Assembly: GCF_022539665.2 (NCBI RefSeq)
Contig: NC_081331.1
Span: 1,116,001 to 1,180,000, forward strand
Length of the DNA stretch: 64,000 nt
From: Daphnia carinata
Taxonomy: Eukaryota
Direction: 5' to 3'
Part shown: piece by piece, positions 13,101 through 25,172 of the stretch
Layout: each line of letters starts with the position of its first letter
Numbering within the stretch: the first letter of the stretch is position 1
Notes under the pieces: model-generated
The model's database searches: none
The model's input: the letters and a program-made list of their open reading frames with translations, nothing else
Told to the model about the DNA's origin: nothing
Translations under genes and position numbers: made by a program

Positions 13101-16100
13101 GCAGGTGCAACTATAAGAATAGCTATGCATATGGCGGTGAAGGTGATCGGTCTTGCATGGTTGAAGGCCACCGTGGCGACTTCAGAATTTCTCCCCTTTC
13201 CTCCGATCTTCCTAAATAGTTTTGACAATCTAGTACACAAAGTTGCTATGTCTATATTATCTATGTCTACTGGATTGCACACATCCACAAGCTGTAACAG
13301 TATGGTACAGACATAGTTATGAATGGCATGATATGGGCATCGAATTTCAAATCAAATTTAAATTTCAGGTGACGAGCGTGTAAAAGAAAGAACGAATTTC
13401 GTTTCCTCCAAAGCATCAACATGATTAAAGATTTTGACTAACGTCGTCTCTATAGTCATGGCAGTGACTTGCATCCACTGCTAACAATTCTTTGCCAAAA
13501 AAAAAAGACATTTCTGAAGTTATAATTATACGCATTTCATTGTAATTCTACTAAAACCGAATTTATCTGCCAAAATCCTCAGGTCGTGACGGTACCGGTT
13601 TGCACGAGCTACAATGAAATTTTTGGATGGATGGGCTTTATCCTTTTTTTCTAGTCCAAAATTCTAATGACAAAAGGCCTGCTTTCATGTTTTGACTCGT
13701 TGTGAAACTTTCTTTAGTTAGATCTAACAAAATGCCTTTGATCCTTGAGCCAGAGTCCTTCCACCGCTGCTGTCGCGCAGGGATGCAAGCTTTACTTGAC
13801 GCAATGGTTGAAAGCGAACGTCAGTCCGCGATCGCGCAATCGAAATCAATCGCCAAAGGGACAATCACAACTTTCAAGTTTCTCGTTGACACCAAAAATA
13901 CATTTCCATTTGGAAAATGAAAATTTAGCGAACGGCTACAGCTAACAGCTTTCCAACCTATGTATGTAACACGTAGCTTATTTTCATTAGTTTCCTTGGC
14001 GAATTTTTTAATACCAGTGAGTCGTCACAAACCAACGGAAAAACAATTGTACAATTCGAACAAGGAACGATGCATAAAAAAATAGACAATTTAATTGAAA
14101 TAGTTTCACTTTCACCCTCTCCCCGAGGCTCTTTTCTGTTTTCGTTTCCCATTACATAGCAAGAAAAGGTACAAATGACGAAGAAACTACTCTTGCGTAG
14201 CTAACTTGTGTCTAAAACTCCGCTGTGCTCGACCACAACGGGGAGAAAATGACAAAGTGATGAATACAAAACAAAAAGAAAAGCAACCATAGTTTCGTCT
14301 AAAAATGACGATCGGCCTGTTGCAACGAACCAGTTCTCTTTTGTAGAGTGCTCGCGCTGGCTATACCAGTTCATGCAACCTGTTGGAAAAGCAAATGCGA
14401 AAGCAGCTAGACGAACGACGACTTTACTTTGGTTAGCCTCTGTAAAGGCGAACGAAAACAGGGGTCTTTATCGGGTATGCCATCGTTCAATAAAACAATA
14501 GCAACAGCTCTAGGTGACGGAAACAACCGATATCGGTCCCAAAATCTGATTTCCCTTTCATGTTTTGAGGCGACAAAACTTTTCTTTTTCACAAAGATTA
14601 ACATTTGTACTGTAAGAAGAAGGAGACTCCATAGGAAATTAGGACAGCTTACCTTAATGTTGACGTTGGAACATGTTGAACGTGAATCACATAGTTTTAG
14701 CGCATTGAATCGATGGAATCAAATAGCTCCGTGTTTGAGAAAGAGAAAGGGTCAATAATCCATGGACAAAGGTGTCTGTTTGCAGGATGGCACACTCAGT
14801 TGAAGGAGGAAAGTTCTGACTCTGCCATTTCAGTCGAACAGATCTCGAAGACTGGAAAACTATATATCGAAAGGCTAGCAAGGCAACTAGATCAAACAAG
14901 AATGTTGTTCAAGGTATCAAACCCTATCATGCATGCACTCTTGCACAGAGCTATAATAGTCAAGCACGATGAACGCCTAATGTTTTTCAAATGACCACAA
15001 AAAACAAACGACCCTGTACTACTACTGAATATACGATCCCAATGTCAACTATCGGCACTTTGCACACTAACGACATAGAAAAACGAGCGTTAAAACAAAC
15101 TTATTCGACCGTTTCTCACTTGCAAAATGCCAAGTATTGGCGTGCATTCACAAAACTGATGGCAAGTCAACGAATTTGTTTAGCTTATCAATGGTGGTAT
15201 ATAGACTGCTAGGCAATCTGTCGAGCCAGGTGGTGCCGGAAACTAGTGCGTCTACAACCCGACTAAACAAACCTATGAGGGTTCAATGTAGGCTACGTGG
15301 GGAGCAAGCTGCCGTCACGGGCAGGTGATCCAGAGGTGTGTATACTTGTCTGCTATTCGACACCGACAAAACAGAATAACGAAAATCAACCTATCCGTTT
15401 CTTCCCATGGCACTGTCTCTTCCGGTAAGTCCGTACTCTATCCAGGTGGACAACAAACTGACAGAGAAAGAGAAACTTGATGGGCTTTGCTTATTATTCC
15501 TTGTCGTTTTCACTTTTTTTCGTGAATCTGTACCATTGGGTGGGTATCTCCATCACCCTGTATTGCGATTTTTTTTAAATAGCCATCCGCTGTGGATCAT
15601 GCTGTGATGCTCAACGGATTCAAGGACGGACCACAAATGAAGGGGAAAACAAAAATAAAGAAAAGAACCAGTTTGGTCCGGTTGGATTCCTCTAGCATCT
15701 GCTATTCGCATTTCTTCACATTTATATGGCAAATAATATAGTCGATATAACATGACAAACGATACGAATAGCTCCTCATGGAGTCAGGACATTACCCAGG
15801 ACAGAAGTGAAAGTTCTTTTTTTTCATGGGATTGTACTGGATTTCTGACATTCACTCTTGTCATTCGGGACTTTACTATGCGTGTCGTCACGTTTCTCTG
15901 GCGACCCTTGGCTTGGATCTCACAGTTTGATTTTGGGCTTACGTCATCCCAGACACTATAATTATCGTGACGCCATTAAGGCTATCACTGTGTACATAAC
16001 ACTGTGGGACATACTATAATGCAACACAAGTTTAACATTTTTAAAGTAACTTGCACATTAGGCAATGAACACCACAAACTTATCATGATGTCTTACTGTC

Positions 16101-16264
16101 TACACCGTTGCTCACGAAGATGGCAGAATTGTTTTTGATTACCTGACTTCTTATGACGTTAGGTTTTTGCATAGATATGAAAATTAATTTCTGTTTATCG
16201 TTTTATAAACGAAAAATAAAAGATTTCCTTGCGATCATAGGAAGCTATAACTGGAGACGCTTGC

Positions 16265-17085
16265 CACAAAAATTTTTAAAACTCGACTAAATAAGCCCGA
16301 CTTGTCTTATTTTTTGCACGAATATTCAGTGTAATTAAAAAACGGCTAACTTGACAACCAACGAGTGGCTTTTTATGAATCAGCGTTAAATTTTGATTAT
16401 ATTGTGTGATTTTTATCGAATTCACCGAGATATCATTTTTGGCCGATTTTGACAAAAGTGGTAAGGTTATAGCCTTTGCACTTTTTCATTTTTGGCTAAA
16501 TTTTAAATTTCGCTTAAAATACATGATTTCGATTCAGAATTGAATGCTTATCACGGAAATCAGATTTATTTTTAAATTAGCCTTATGGTTTTTTAATTAA
16601 ACGTAAAAAACGAAGAGTCGGGCTTATTTAGTCGGGCTTATTTAGTCGGCCATATTTAGTCGGGCTTAAGATTTTTTTCTGCAAAAACTGACACTAATCA
16701 AATTGGTTGAATATCACAGGATATACTCAAAATTGAATGCTGATTCCGAGAAAATTGCTATTTTTTTCATTAAGTTAATCATTTTTAAAATACACCGAAT
16801 ATTTGGCACAACGCTAGCGCTGTAGCGTACTGGCATGCTGCAGCGTACTGGCGCGCTAGCATTGCGTGTATTTCAATGTACAACACTCGATGTATTTCAA
16901 AAACGATTAACTTAATGAAAATAATAGCAATTTTCCCGGAATCAGCATTCAATATTGAATTCAATTGAATATATATATAATCAATTGAATATATCCTGGG
17001 ATATTCAACCAATTCCGATGGGTTCCACTTCCAGTTTTTGTAGAAAATTTTTTTAAGCCCGACTAAATAAGCCCGACTTTTCATT
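16265..17085. mobile_element. Composite foldback/MITE-like non-autonomous element made of two abutting imperfect palindromes
   Basis: 14-bp unit AGTCGGGCTTATTT repeated about 4x at 16616-16668, with inverted copies at 17054-17078 and 16284-16302. Arms 16616-16800 and 16888-17078 are long imperfect reverse complements (e.g. aattgaatgctgattccgagaaaattgcta / tagcaattttcccggaatcagcattcaat). No coding capacity; no target-site duplication identified. Confidence 0.7.
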
Positions 17086-17320
17086 CGAGTGTAAGTAGAG
17101 AATTAACTAGAAGTCTGACCGGTAGATGGCGATAGCAGTCAAGCAGAAAAAAGGCCGTTTTTGTTTTGGATAAAACGAATTGCCATATGCCATAGAAAAA
17201 TCCGATCTTACAGGCCTTAACTCTTGAGTATGCTTTGGTTTTAAGACTACACCAACGAAACATTGCATAACTTATCAGAAAAGATCTGTGCCCTATTCAA
17301 CGAACGAATACATAGCATCG

Positions 17321-17475
17321 GTATGTCTGAAATTGTATTGTTTACTCTTGTTTGCTTGTAAATTAAACATTGCTATTTTGCTCTTTTATGTACATCTATG
17401 CCGAATATCTTATTTGTAAAATTACTAGTCGATTCAGTGCACATTAGATTCAATCGTATTTCTTATTCATTGCAG
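17321..17475 (+). other. Probable 5'UTR intron of the COX14/MCEE transcription unit
   Basis: Donor CG|GTATGT at 17321; acceptor ttcattgcag| ending at 17475, 12 nt before the ATG at 17488. Confidence 0.6.
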
Positions 17476-17487
17476 AAGAAGGCTGGA

Positions 17488-17739
17488 ATGAAACGGAATC
17501 GAGTGCGTGTAGAGAAGATCTTAGATACTGTTCATCGAAGTCTTGTTTTGGGTTGCGTTGGACTGACTGTATATGGTTTCTACCTCGCAGGTCTTCGATT
17601 CCACAGATACTATACTGTCCTGAAACCAGCAGGAGACGAAAGAAGACGCTTGAAGGAGCTTGAGCTTCTTTCTGAGGGTCAAGATAAATCAGAGTTTCTT
17701 CTACCTGAGCCACCTCAATTAGCCAAAGATAAATTTTAG
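17488..17739 (+). CDS. COX14: Cytochrome c oxidase assembly factor COX14-like small single-pass mitochondrial protein (83 aa)
   Basis: MKRNRVRVEKILDTVHRSLVLGCVGLTVYGFYLAGLRFHRYY... The segment LTVYGFYLAGLRFHRYY resembles the COX14 core as recalled (LTVYGGYLCSVRVYHYF in human). One TM helix followed by a charged tail. The upstream in-frame ATG at 17398 lies inside the predicted intron. Confidence 0.8.
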   Translation: MKRNRVRVEKILDTVHRSLVLGCVGLTVYGFYLAGLRFHRYYTVLKPAGDERRRLKELELLSEGQDKSEFLLPEPPQLAKDKF

Positions 17740-17752
17740 TTGGAACCAGAAC

Positions 17753-18297
17753 ATGATCTGTGCACATGCCATGTTGTTGAGAAGGTCTTTTACATCAAAG
17801 GCTGTTCCAGAAGCCCTTTGGAAATTAGGAAGACTTAACCACATTGCCATAGCAACTCCGGATCTAGCTAAGTCTGCTTCACTCTATAAGAACATCCTGG
17901 GAGCTAATATCTCAGATCCCCAACCTCTTCCTGATCATGGAGTAACAACCATATTTGTCAACTTGGGCAACACCAAACTAGAACTTCTTCACCCACTGGG
18001 AGAAAATTCACCCATTCAGGTGGTCTTAAATCATGTCTTGTCAACATTTCCATTTAGTGTTTGAAATATTTTAATTATTATTCTCTGAAATAGGGATTCC
18101 TGGACAAAAACAAATCTGGAGGCCTTCATCACATTTGTATTGAAGTTGACAATATTCAAAATGCCATGAAAGAGGTGAAAGCAAAAGGTATTCGCTGCCT
18201 TACAGAAGAACCGAAAATTGGGGCCCACAATAAACCTGTTGTGTTTCTTCACCCAAAGGACTGTGCTGGAGTTCTGGTTGAATTAGAACAGTCATAG
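17753..18297 (+). CDS. MCEE: Methylmalonyl-CoA epimerase, mitochondrial (VOC/glyoxalase fold), 156 aa, 2 exons
   Basis: Exons 17753-18019 and 18094-18297 (phase-0 intron GT...AG). Motifs GRLNHIAIA, NTKLELLHPLG, GGLHHICIEV, KIGAHNKPVVFLHPKD and VLVELEQ. Arg/Ser-rich presequence MLLRRSFTSKA. Confidence 0.95.
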
Positions 18298-18402
18298 GCA
18301 AGGCATGAACATTTTACCTAAGATGAAGTAAAATTTGTTTCGGCTTTATAATTTGTAATTGTGCAACTTGGAATAAGTTGTATGGAAAATCGGAGTTTGT
18401 AG

Positions 18403-18408
18403 AATAAA
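18403..18408 (+). terminator. Candidate polyadenylation signal for MCEE (and COX14)
   Basis: AATAAA about 105 nt after the MCEE stop; first such hexamer outside coding sequence downstream of COX14. Confidence 0.45.
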
Positions 18409-19456
18409 TGGAAAGACAACTTATTATGGGTGCCATCCATTCATAACTTTAAGACCTATTTTGGATTAAGAGAACATCACCATTTGTATTCGCATTTCTG
18501 TACACAAGCCGTGAACGAACAAACGCAGGTTGGCGACGCAACACGCACAAAGGTATACGACGAACATCTGAAGAACCCAATGACAGACTTAAGTTTTCCG
18601 TAGGGTTAGCATTGAAAAAAAAAAAAAAAAAAAAAACAAACAAAATGTAATGCTGTCCCAAGTGCTCAACTTGCATTCTTGATGCCATCCAAGATCCGTC
18701 TCGGATCGGCTTACTATGACTTGGAAAATATCTGTTACGTGTTAATATGAACTGAACATCCACCAAGTGACACTGATTGCGGCGCAGCGCTTGACAGGAT
18801 TTTCAATGCAGACAGAATAGATACAGGTAAAGAGAGAGAGAGTGATAAATATGTTTGGTGAATTCCCATGGTCCATTCCAGTGAGCCATTTCACTTCTTT
18901 CCATGTTTTTTCCTTCTCCTTTTGAGTGTTTGGGGTTCTTTTGTTCCACGTTTTCACTTGGAAGGTAAAAGAGAATCCACTAACACAGCGGCGTATTCTG
19001 GATCTTACGGCAAATAAATATCACATAGCTCAGAGAGAACCAACTGCACAAGACCAATGACACAAGGTGCACAGCAATACGAATAATATAAACGTCAGGT
19101 GGGGGGTTGAGGGGGTAGGTAACATGGAAAAGTGAACAACCCAAAAGAGAAATTAAACACGTGAACGTAGAGAACAGAGTCGAAGAAATAGTACCCGTAG
19201 TGCTGCTACAATTGCAAGTCATCTACTACACAAAGGGCTCGTACAGGCGAAGAGAATATCAAGGTAAGGTGGTTTCTGGATCGTTTTTCTTTCTGTCGTT
19301 ATCTGTACCTTGCTTCGTTGAATTAAGTTGTTTAAGACGTTATAATTAAAGTAGGACAGCAAACTATTCACTTTGGAAAGGTAACAATATAGGACTAGGG
19401 AGAGCCACAATATGGCAACACCTAGATTGTTACCATAATCTTTCCTTTGTTATTTG

Positions 19457-22169
19457 TTACAATGGATGAGCAGCAGCACCTTCTCTATCTTCGATAAAAC
19501 TGCTGTCATGGTGATGCTGGTTCAAACTCGGTGGGCTAGAACCTCTGGCAGGACTGGCTTGTTGACCACCAGCGACTGTTGGTAGACTTTTTCTTCTGGA
19601 CAGCATGGGGGAAGAAGAAAAGGATTCTTCCGTTGTAAAAGTATCTTCTCGATCCCAAGTAAACATGGTTACGTTTTGATCACGCCTAAGCCTAACAAAG
19701 GAAATATACCTGGATGGATTGTGGCTTGATGAGGAATACTGAGATTGTCCATGTATAGATGATTAGAACCGGGCACGACTTCGTTACCCATTAACAAACT
19801 TTGGCCCGACGTTCCGGCACCCAAAGTAATGAGGTCATGAGCCAAAGCCAAAGTGTGGTCGTCAATTAAGGATAGGTCACTAAGGTCGGACTCAGTGTGC
19901 CCTACACCTCCCATTGTTGCACTTTCGGCTACAGCCAGAACGCGCTCTAACTCTTCAGCTTCTTCGCGGCTAGGCATTGGCACGAACAAACCGCCATTAC
20001 GCGATGAAGAGGCAGCAGCTTGTGTCATAGCAAATATCTCCTGTCGTTATAAGATATTTATCCCAAACGGCTTCTAAATGAGTTAATGCAATTTTAAGGA
20101 TAGACTGGTACAGACCTGAAAGGCTTCGTCGGGTAGACGGTTGAGCAACTCTTTCAAGTCATGATCTTCAAGAATCTCCACTTCGTGATCGACGGATGTC
20201 GGCAGAGGGTTACTAAGGGGCTGTACCGCATGGGGTATCAACTGGGCAGGTGTTGGATACGCTGGTGAACAGTTTTCGGGACTGTCGACAGTTTCCACAT
20301 CGAGCTCCATCCCATTGTCCGCTGCTTCGATGCAATGGATGCGCGTTTCGCTTCCCCCACTAGATCCAATACGTTTGGCTCGGCGCCGGTTACGAAGTCG
20401 GCGAGAGTGGCGTCCCAAAGACGAGGTAGAGCGAGCACGTGCCTTCCTTCGATTGGATTTGCTAGACAAACTTCCCTGGAGGCCTCCTCCATTGTTACCC
20501 GATAGGTCTGGACCCTCAACAGTCTTAGGAGCATTAACTGAAATCGACAAATTGTTGCCTATTCCGTCAACTTGTTCAGCGTGAGCTGGACAATACGGTA
20601 GACCCGAATGAATAGCTAAAACAGGGGCACCACATGGTGTTGGACCTGAAGATTGTTAAGACATTATTAAGACCGCACAACATATAACAAGTTATAGAAG
20701 CTAACCTGCTGTTCCGCGGGCAGAGCAGAATTCAAATAATTGTTGGTCAACGCTATAAAGAATGTGTCTATTGCACAGCGTGGAGCAGGGCAAACATAAT
20801 TCTGGACAACCAGCGTCTTTAGCGCCATTGGTAGAACTAGCTCGACGGAAGCTGCATCGACGTTTGGAGAAAATCTTTATACTGGAAGGGCTCAATCCAT
20901 TCGAAGAGCTGGTGGGGTGGCGACCTTGGAGCAGCATACCAGTCTCGTTTGGACATCGGCGAGCTGCTTCAACGAGCTTATTGGCTACCGCCGACTGATG
21001 TAAGCCACGAAACTTATCTTCTGCATGAATCATTTGGGCTAATTGGAGATATCTGTGCCGAAATTCTCTTTTGCTTCGCTCTAGCTTCAACGCTCGAGGA
21101 CTGTCTGTTGTCGAACGAAGTGGAATAGCAGAGACATATCGAGATAAACCTCCACCAAAGGAAGAAATTTCTTCGTCATCCGATTCATCAATCATTTTAG
21201 GCAAGAGGTATTGGGTTTTGTTCCCGTGGATTGAATCCTCGAGCTGCTGTAGGACAGCAGGAAGTCGGTAAGTTCCTGTCGATGGTTTCGATGCGATAGC
21301 AGCAGCCAAGGCTTTCTTCTTCCTCGATATCGCAACAGATTTCGTTTTGGCATCAGATTTCGTGCGAGGATTGGCTTTGATGCCATTATTAACCAGGTGT
21401 GGTATTGGGGCTAAACTTTTGCAGACATTAATTTCAGTGTTGTCAACACTACTGCTGCTAGTGCTACTTGGAGTTAAAGGTTCAATAGCCAAAGGGCTAT
21501 TTTGAGGTGGGCTACTCATGTCTGAGGGCTTCTGGTGGCTTTCAGAAAGGATTTGATCTGGTTTTGTGACAAGCTCAGTGTCATCACTGAATGTGTACAG
21601 ATCTCCATCACTCATTTCCATAGATGATGATGTAGGTTCATTCGACTGGTTGCTCAGTTTCTCATTGGGTGAAGATGCAGATGAATTTTGTCCATTTTCC
21701 TTCTTTTGATGCCTGCGATCTCTTTTCGCTGCAGGGAAACCAGCTAACTGAAGATGGGTATTGCACAGCCTGAAATAAACATTCACATTGTACGAAAGAA
21801 TTTTTTGAAAATTGAGAAATAAAAGTTGCATTAAATAGGGAACACATATGGGCATCAAAATTGTTGATCAACATACCCTTTTGGATGAGCCATTGAAATG
21901 ACATTAGTACACTTGTTTTGTCCAGGAGGTGCCACAAACGAACAAACACGGAATGGAGCTGAAGAATCTTCAAGAATATGTCTAGAAAATGAAGTAATTT
22001 TATTTTTTAAATGTTGTACCAGCTGAAGTTTTTTTTGTGTGGAAGAAGCTACAAACCTGATGCAGAAAGCAAAGCCATTAAGTCGCCTTTGCCGACAAAG
22101 TTTGGTTGAGAAAGAACATAAGGGTTTCTGGTCAATAGGACTGAAATGAATATGTTTTCCTTCAAACAT
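19457..22169 (-). CDS. INO80D: INO80 complex subunit D
   Basis: N-terminus MFEGKHIHFSPIDQKPLCSFSTKLCRQRRLNGFAFCIR|HILED...C...C...LCNTHLQ is the typical INO80D C3H-type zinc finger; second finger CPELCLPCSTLCNRHILYSVDQQLF...CGAPV...YCPAH. Exons 22169-22057, 21981-21877, 21769-20706, 20645-20116, 20040-19710 and about 19650-19457. Confidence 0.92.
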
Positions 22170-23027
22170 TGTGCGTTGTGTTCAATGGATGAAAGATTCC
22201 ATCGAAGTGATAAACAGGGACACCAATTATTAAATTATTGTCCAACACAAGCCGTCGTCATCCTGGCATTGGATTGTTATCCAGCCGAACTTCCTTGAGG
22301 TTTCTACCCGTAGGTTTACACAATCTTAAAATTTGTATCTTTTTTAAATTGAATGTCTCGATTCATTAAACAAGAAAACTTTCCCTGTGTAATCAACTAT
22401 AAATACCGAAAACAACGAACAGACGAAATTTCTGATTGGTATCCCAATGTACTTTTTTTTCTTTTTTTTTTTTTACAGTGTTGCATGAGTATTGGAGAAG
22501 GGGACTTACGAAGATCGGATTCTTTTTCGGATAATGGAAGTTTCTTGCTAAATAAAATGATCAAAATTGTCGATTTATAATACTGGAGAATCAATACGTT
22601 CCCACAATCTTTGAAAGCTTAATCAACTTTCAATTTTTTAATAGCATAAAGGTTTTATTCGGCCTGGGTCTTCCAGTTCCCATCTGACCAACCTAATAAC
22701 GTTCATTCATTTATCAATATTAGCGACTCATTGATGCAGAATTCGTGCAGTCGTCATATTAAAACTAAAAACTAAAGCAAAACTTGTTGCAAGATAAAAT
22801 GTCATTCTGTTACTTCATCTACGTCATACTCTGTAAAATAAAATGTGGTTTTCTAATAACTGTTGTAAAAACTAAAAACTCGCCAGTGAAATGCCACCTG
22901 AACTTCAAAAGCCTCGGAGACCCACAAATCTCGTTAAATTCTGAAAGCCAATCCTGTATAGAATTTGTTGTGTACTTAAAATTTCTGAGTTCTCAAAAAA
23001 TAAAATATTTCGTAATCCACAAAATCA

Positions 23028-23793
23028 TCAGTGCCGAAAATACCAAAACGCTACAAGAATGAAAATGCAAGTAATTATCGCTAAGCCATAGAACAGATAT
23101 TTATCTTGAGTAGACCGACGTTCAATCATTTTCATAACGGTGTTGCTTAGACTCAACATTGATGTTACGTCAAGCAGCCGACGATGAGCTTTCTTAAAAA
23201 CACTTTTCTGGGTACGTAAACCATCAAGTACAGCAGTTCCAGTTTCCCAAATATCATCCAGACTCCTATGAATTCCATTTAAAGCGGTATGATGCTGCAA
23301 AGAATGATCTATATATAGTGAAGTCTCCCTGTTGTTTGGTTGGAATGTCTGAGTTAACAGTTCTTCTCTGGCAGCTTCTTCTTGTTCCCTCTGTATTCTT
23401 TTATGTTGGAGCATATGGATTGCATTCTAGGGATAAATTAAAAATTTTTTCTTTATATTTTCAAAATGATATATAATATATACACACTTGTAACATGAGT
23501 CTATCCTGTTTTAACTGATCAACCTTGAATCTGGCTTCTCTTCGTCGAACAGGGAGCTCCTTGTTGACAAGAATATCTAGTCTTTGAATGTTGCTGTAAA
23601 GAAAAATCTTGGAATGTGATCTGCCTCCATTATTGATAAGAAAATTACACCAATACCTCGTGATTTCTTCAAGTTTGCCATGGATTGTCTGCTCAATACT
23701 GGCAGCATCTTTCCCAACATTTCTCTCAATGTGAGGCAGAAGACCTTGTATGTCAAGTACCAACTTTTGCGACTGGTGATAGAGGACCTCCAT
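23028..23793 (-). CDS. GOSR2: Golgi SNAP receptor complex member 2 (membrin, Qb-SNARE), 213 aa
   Basis: Exons 23793-23657, 23593-23488 and 23426-23028. Motifs RLDILVNKELPVRRREARFKVDQLK, AREELL, SNARE segment LRTQKSVFKKAHRRLLDVTSMLSLSNTVMKMIERR and a C-terminal TM helix. Confidence 0.95.
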
Positions 23794-24308
23794 TTTTCAT
23801 AGGTTTCGTCAGACAGACCTAAAGTTTTCAAGAATGTTTATGAGTAAGTCTATTCTTTAAATATTCGAAAAATGCTGGTGAATGTTCTAACATCTGATCT
23901 GCAATTTGAGACTTAAGGGAACTGACGCAAACCACGAACACCTTGACCACTATATATGTACGGTTTCGACAACCTATTGCTCGGATTCGGCAAACAACCG
24001 ACACGAATCCAGTTTCCTCAGGCTGTGTACTAAACAGCAACTTTTTCCATCTAAAAAACCAGGAAAAGCTATAATAACATTTCTGGAGTGAATGGTGGCA
24101 ATAATGATATTTGCGTATCGCGTTCAGCTAGTGAATAATTTTTCTTAAACGTTGCCTTATTCCCCGTTTCAAACACTTGTTACTTTTCATGTAATAGTTG
24201 CAATTCATCCCACCTTTTCCAAATGTGCAAAAGAAATTCTTTCCCAAAAGCTCTTTGAGCAAAGCTGACTCCACATGCGAGGATTTTCAAAAAATTCCAA
24301 TGGAATAA

Positions 24309-24510
24309 TTCGTCAATTTGGTAAACTTGCTAGCAAAAATTTAAGCGCCAAGACATTGAATTTTGCATTTGTTTCTCCTTTTCTTCACCTTAAAAAATAT
24401 AATGAACTATTTCATCAATTTGGGTAAACTTGTTTTGCAAAACTTAAGCGCCAAAACATTGAATTCCGTATTTGTTTTTGCATTTCTTCAACTTAAAAAA
24501 TATATGGAAT
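24309..24510. repeat. Diverged tandem duplication, 2 copies of about 102 bp
   Basis: ttcgtcaatttggtaaacttgc...taagcgccaagacattgaatt...cttaaaaaatat from 24309 versus ttcatcaatttgggtaaacttgt...taagcgccaaaacattgaatt...cttaaaaaatat from 24411. Confidence 0.85.
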
Positions 24511-24746
24511 GGCGACAAATTTTCTTATAAATTGTGTATTTTAGGAGCATTCGGTAGTCTCAACTATTTTGCTAGTCACACAATTATAGCCGACAACCGT
24601 TTCACGTCGTAATGCCATTTTAGCAGGTTTGCAATTTGAAGTTGAGAACACCATGAGGCACCTTTTTTTTCAATAGCAAATCTCGAAGAAGAATTGTAAG
24701 AGTCGACAAATAAAGAAAAGTTAAACACACACAATGTACAACGAGT

Positions 24747-24786
24747 AGAGAGAGAGGGAGAGAGTGAGAGAGAGAGAAAGACAGAG
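24747..24786. repeat. Imperfect (GA)n microsatellite
   Basis: agagagagagggagagagtgagagagagagaaagacagag. Confidence 0.7.
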
Positions 24787-25172
24787 TACAGGGGGCAACA
24801 ATCGAATCACAAAAGAGAGACGGGTGATCTCTAAATAAAAGACGAAGATGGAACGCAGTGATCGAGCCCGCCTAAGTCCGATTCTCCTTGACATTGGATA
24901 TAAAGTCCCAGAACAAGAAATTTAAAAAAATTAAACAAAAATTTTAGGCTTTCAAATCTCTGTGAGCCCTCTATCGATCTCGTTATGTGGCACCCAAAGT
25001 TTTCTTGTTATTTGTTATCTTTTTAACAAGTCCCTAGTTTAAAAATTGACAAAGATTTCACAAAAATAAAAGAAATAAAAAAACCGATGATATATATAGA
25101 AAACCGACGTATCCCTCAGAAAAAGGGTCGGTTTATTTACTGATGTCTTTTGTTTCGCGATGGGGTATTAGT

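Noticed and set aside
7300..16200. Scattered strong donor-like sites (e.g. minus-strand GTGAGT near 9600, GTAAGT near 10190 and 10300) and short ORFs
   Set aside because: May be non-coding 5' exons of the left-hand gene, but a supported model cannot be built without transcript data.
16616..16668. Short repeats as a CRISPR array
   Set aside because: Contiguous 14-bp tandem units with no spacers, no cas genes, and a eukaryotic context.
17488..18297. COX14-MCEE fusion by stop-codon readthrough
   Set aside because: The two ORFs are in different frames (offset 265 nt).
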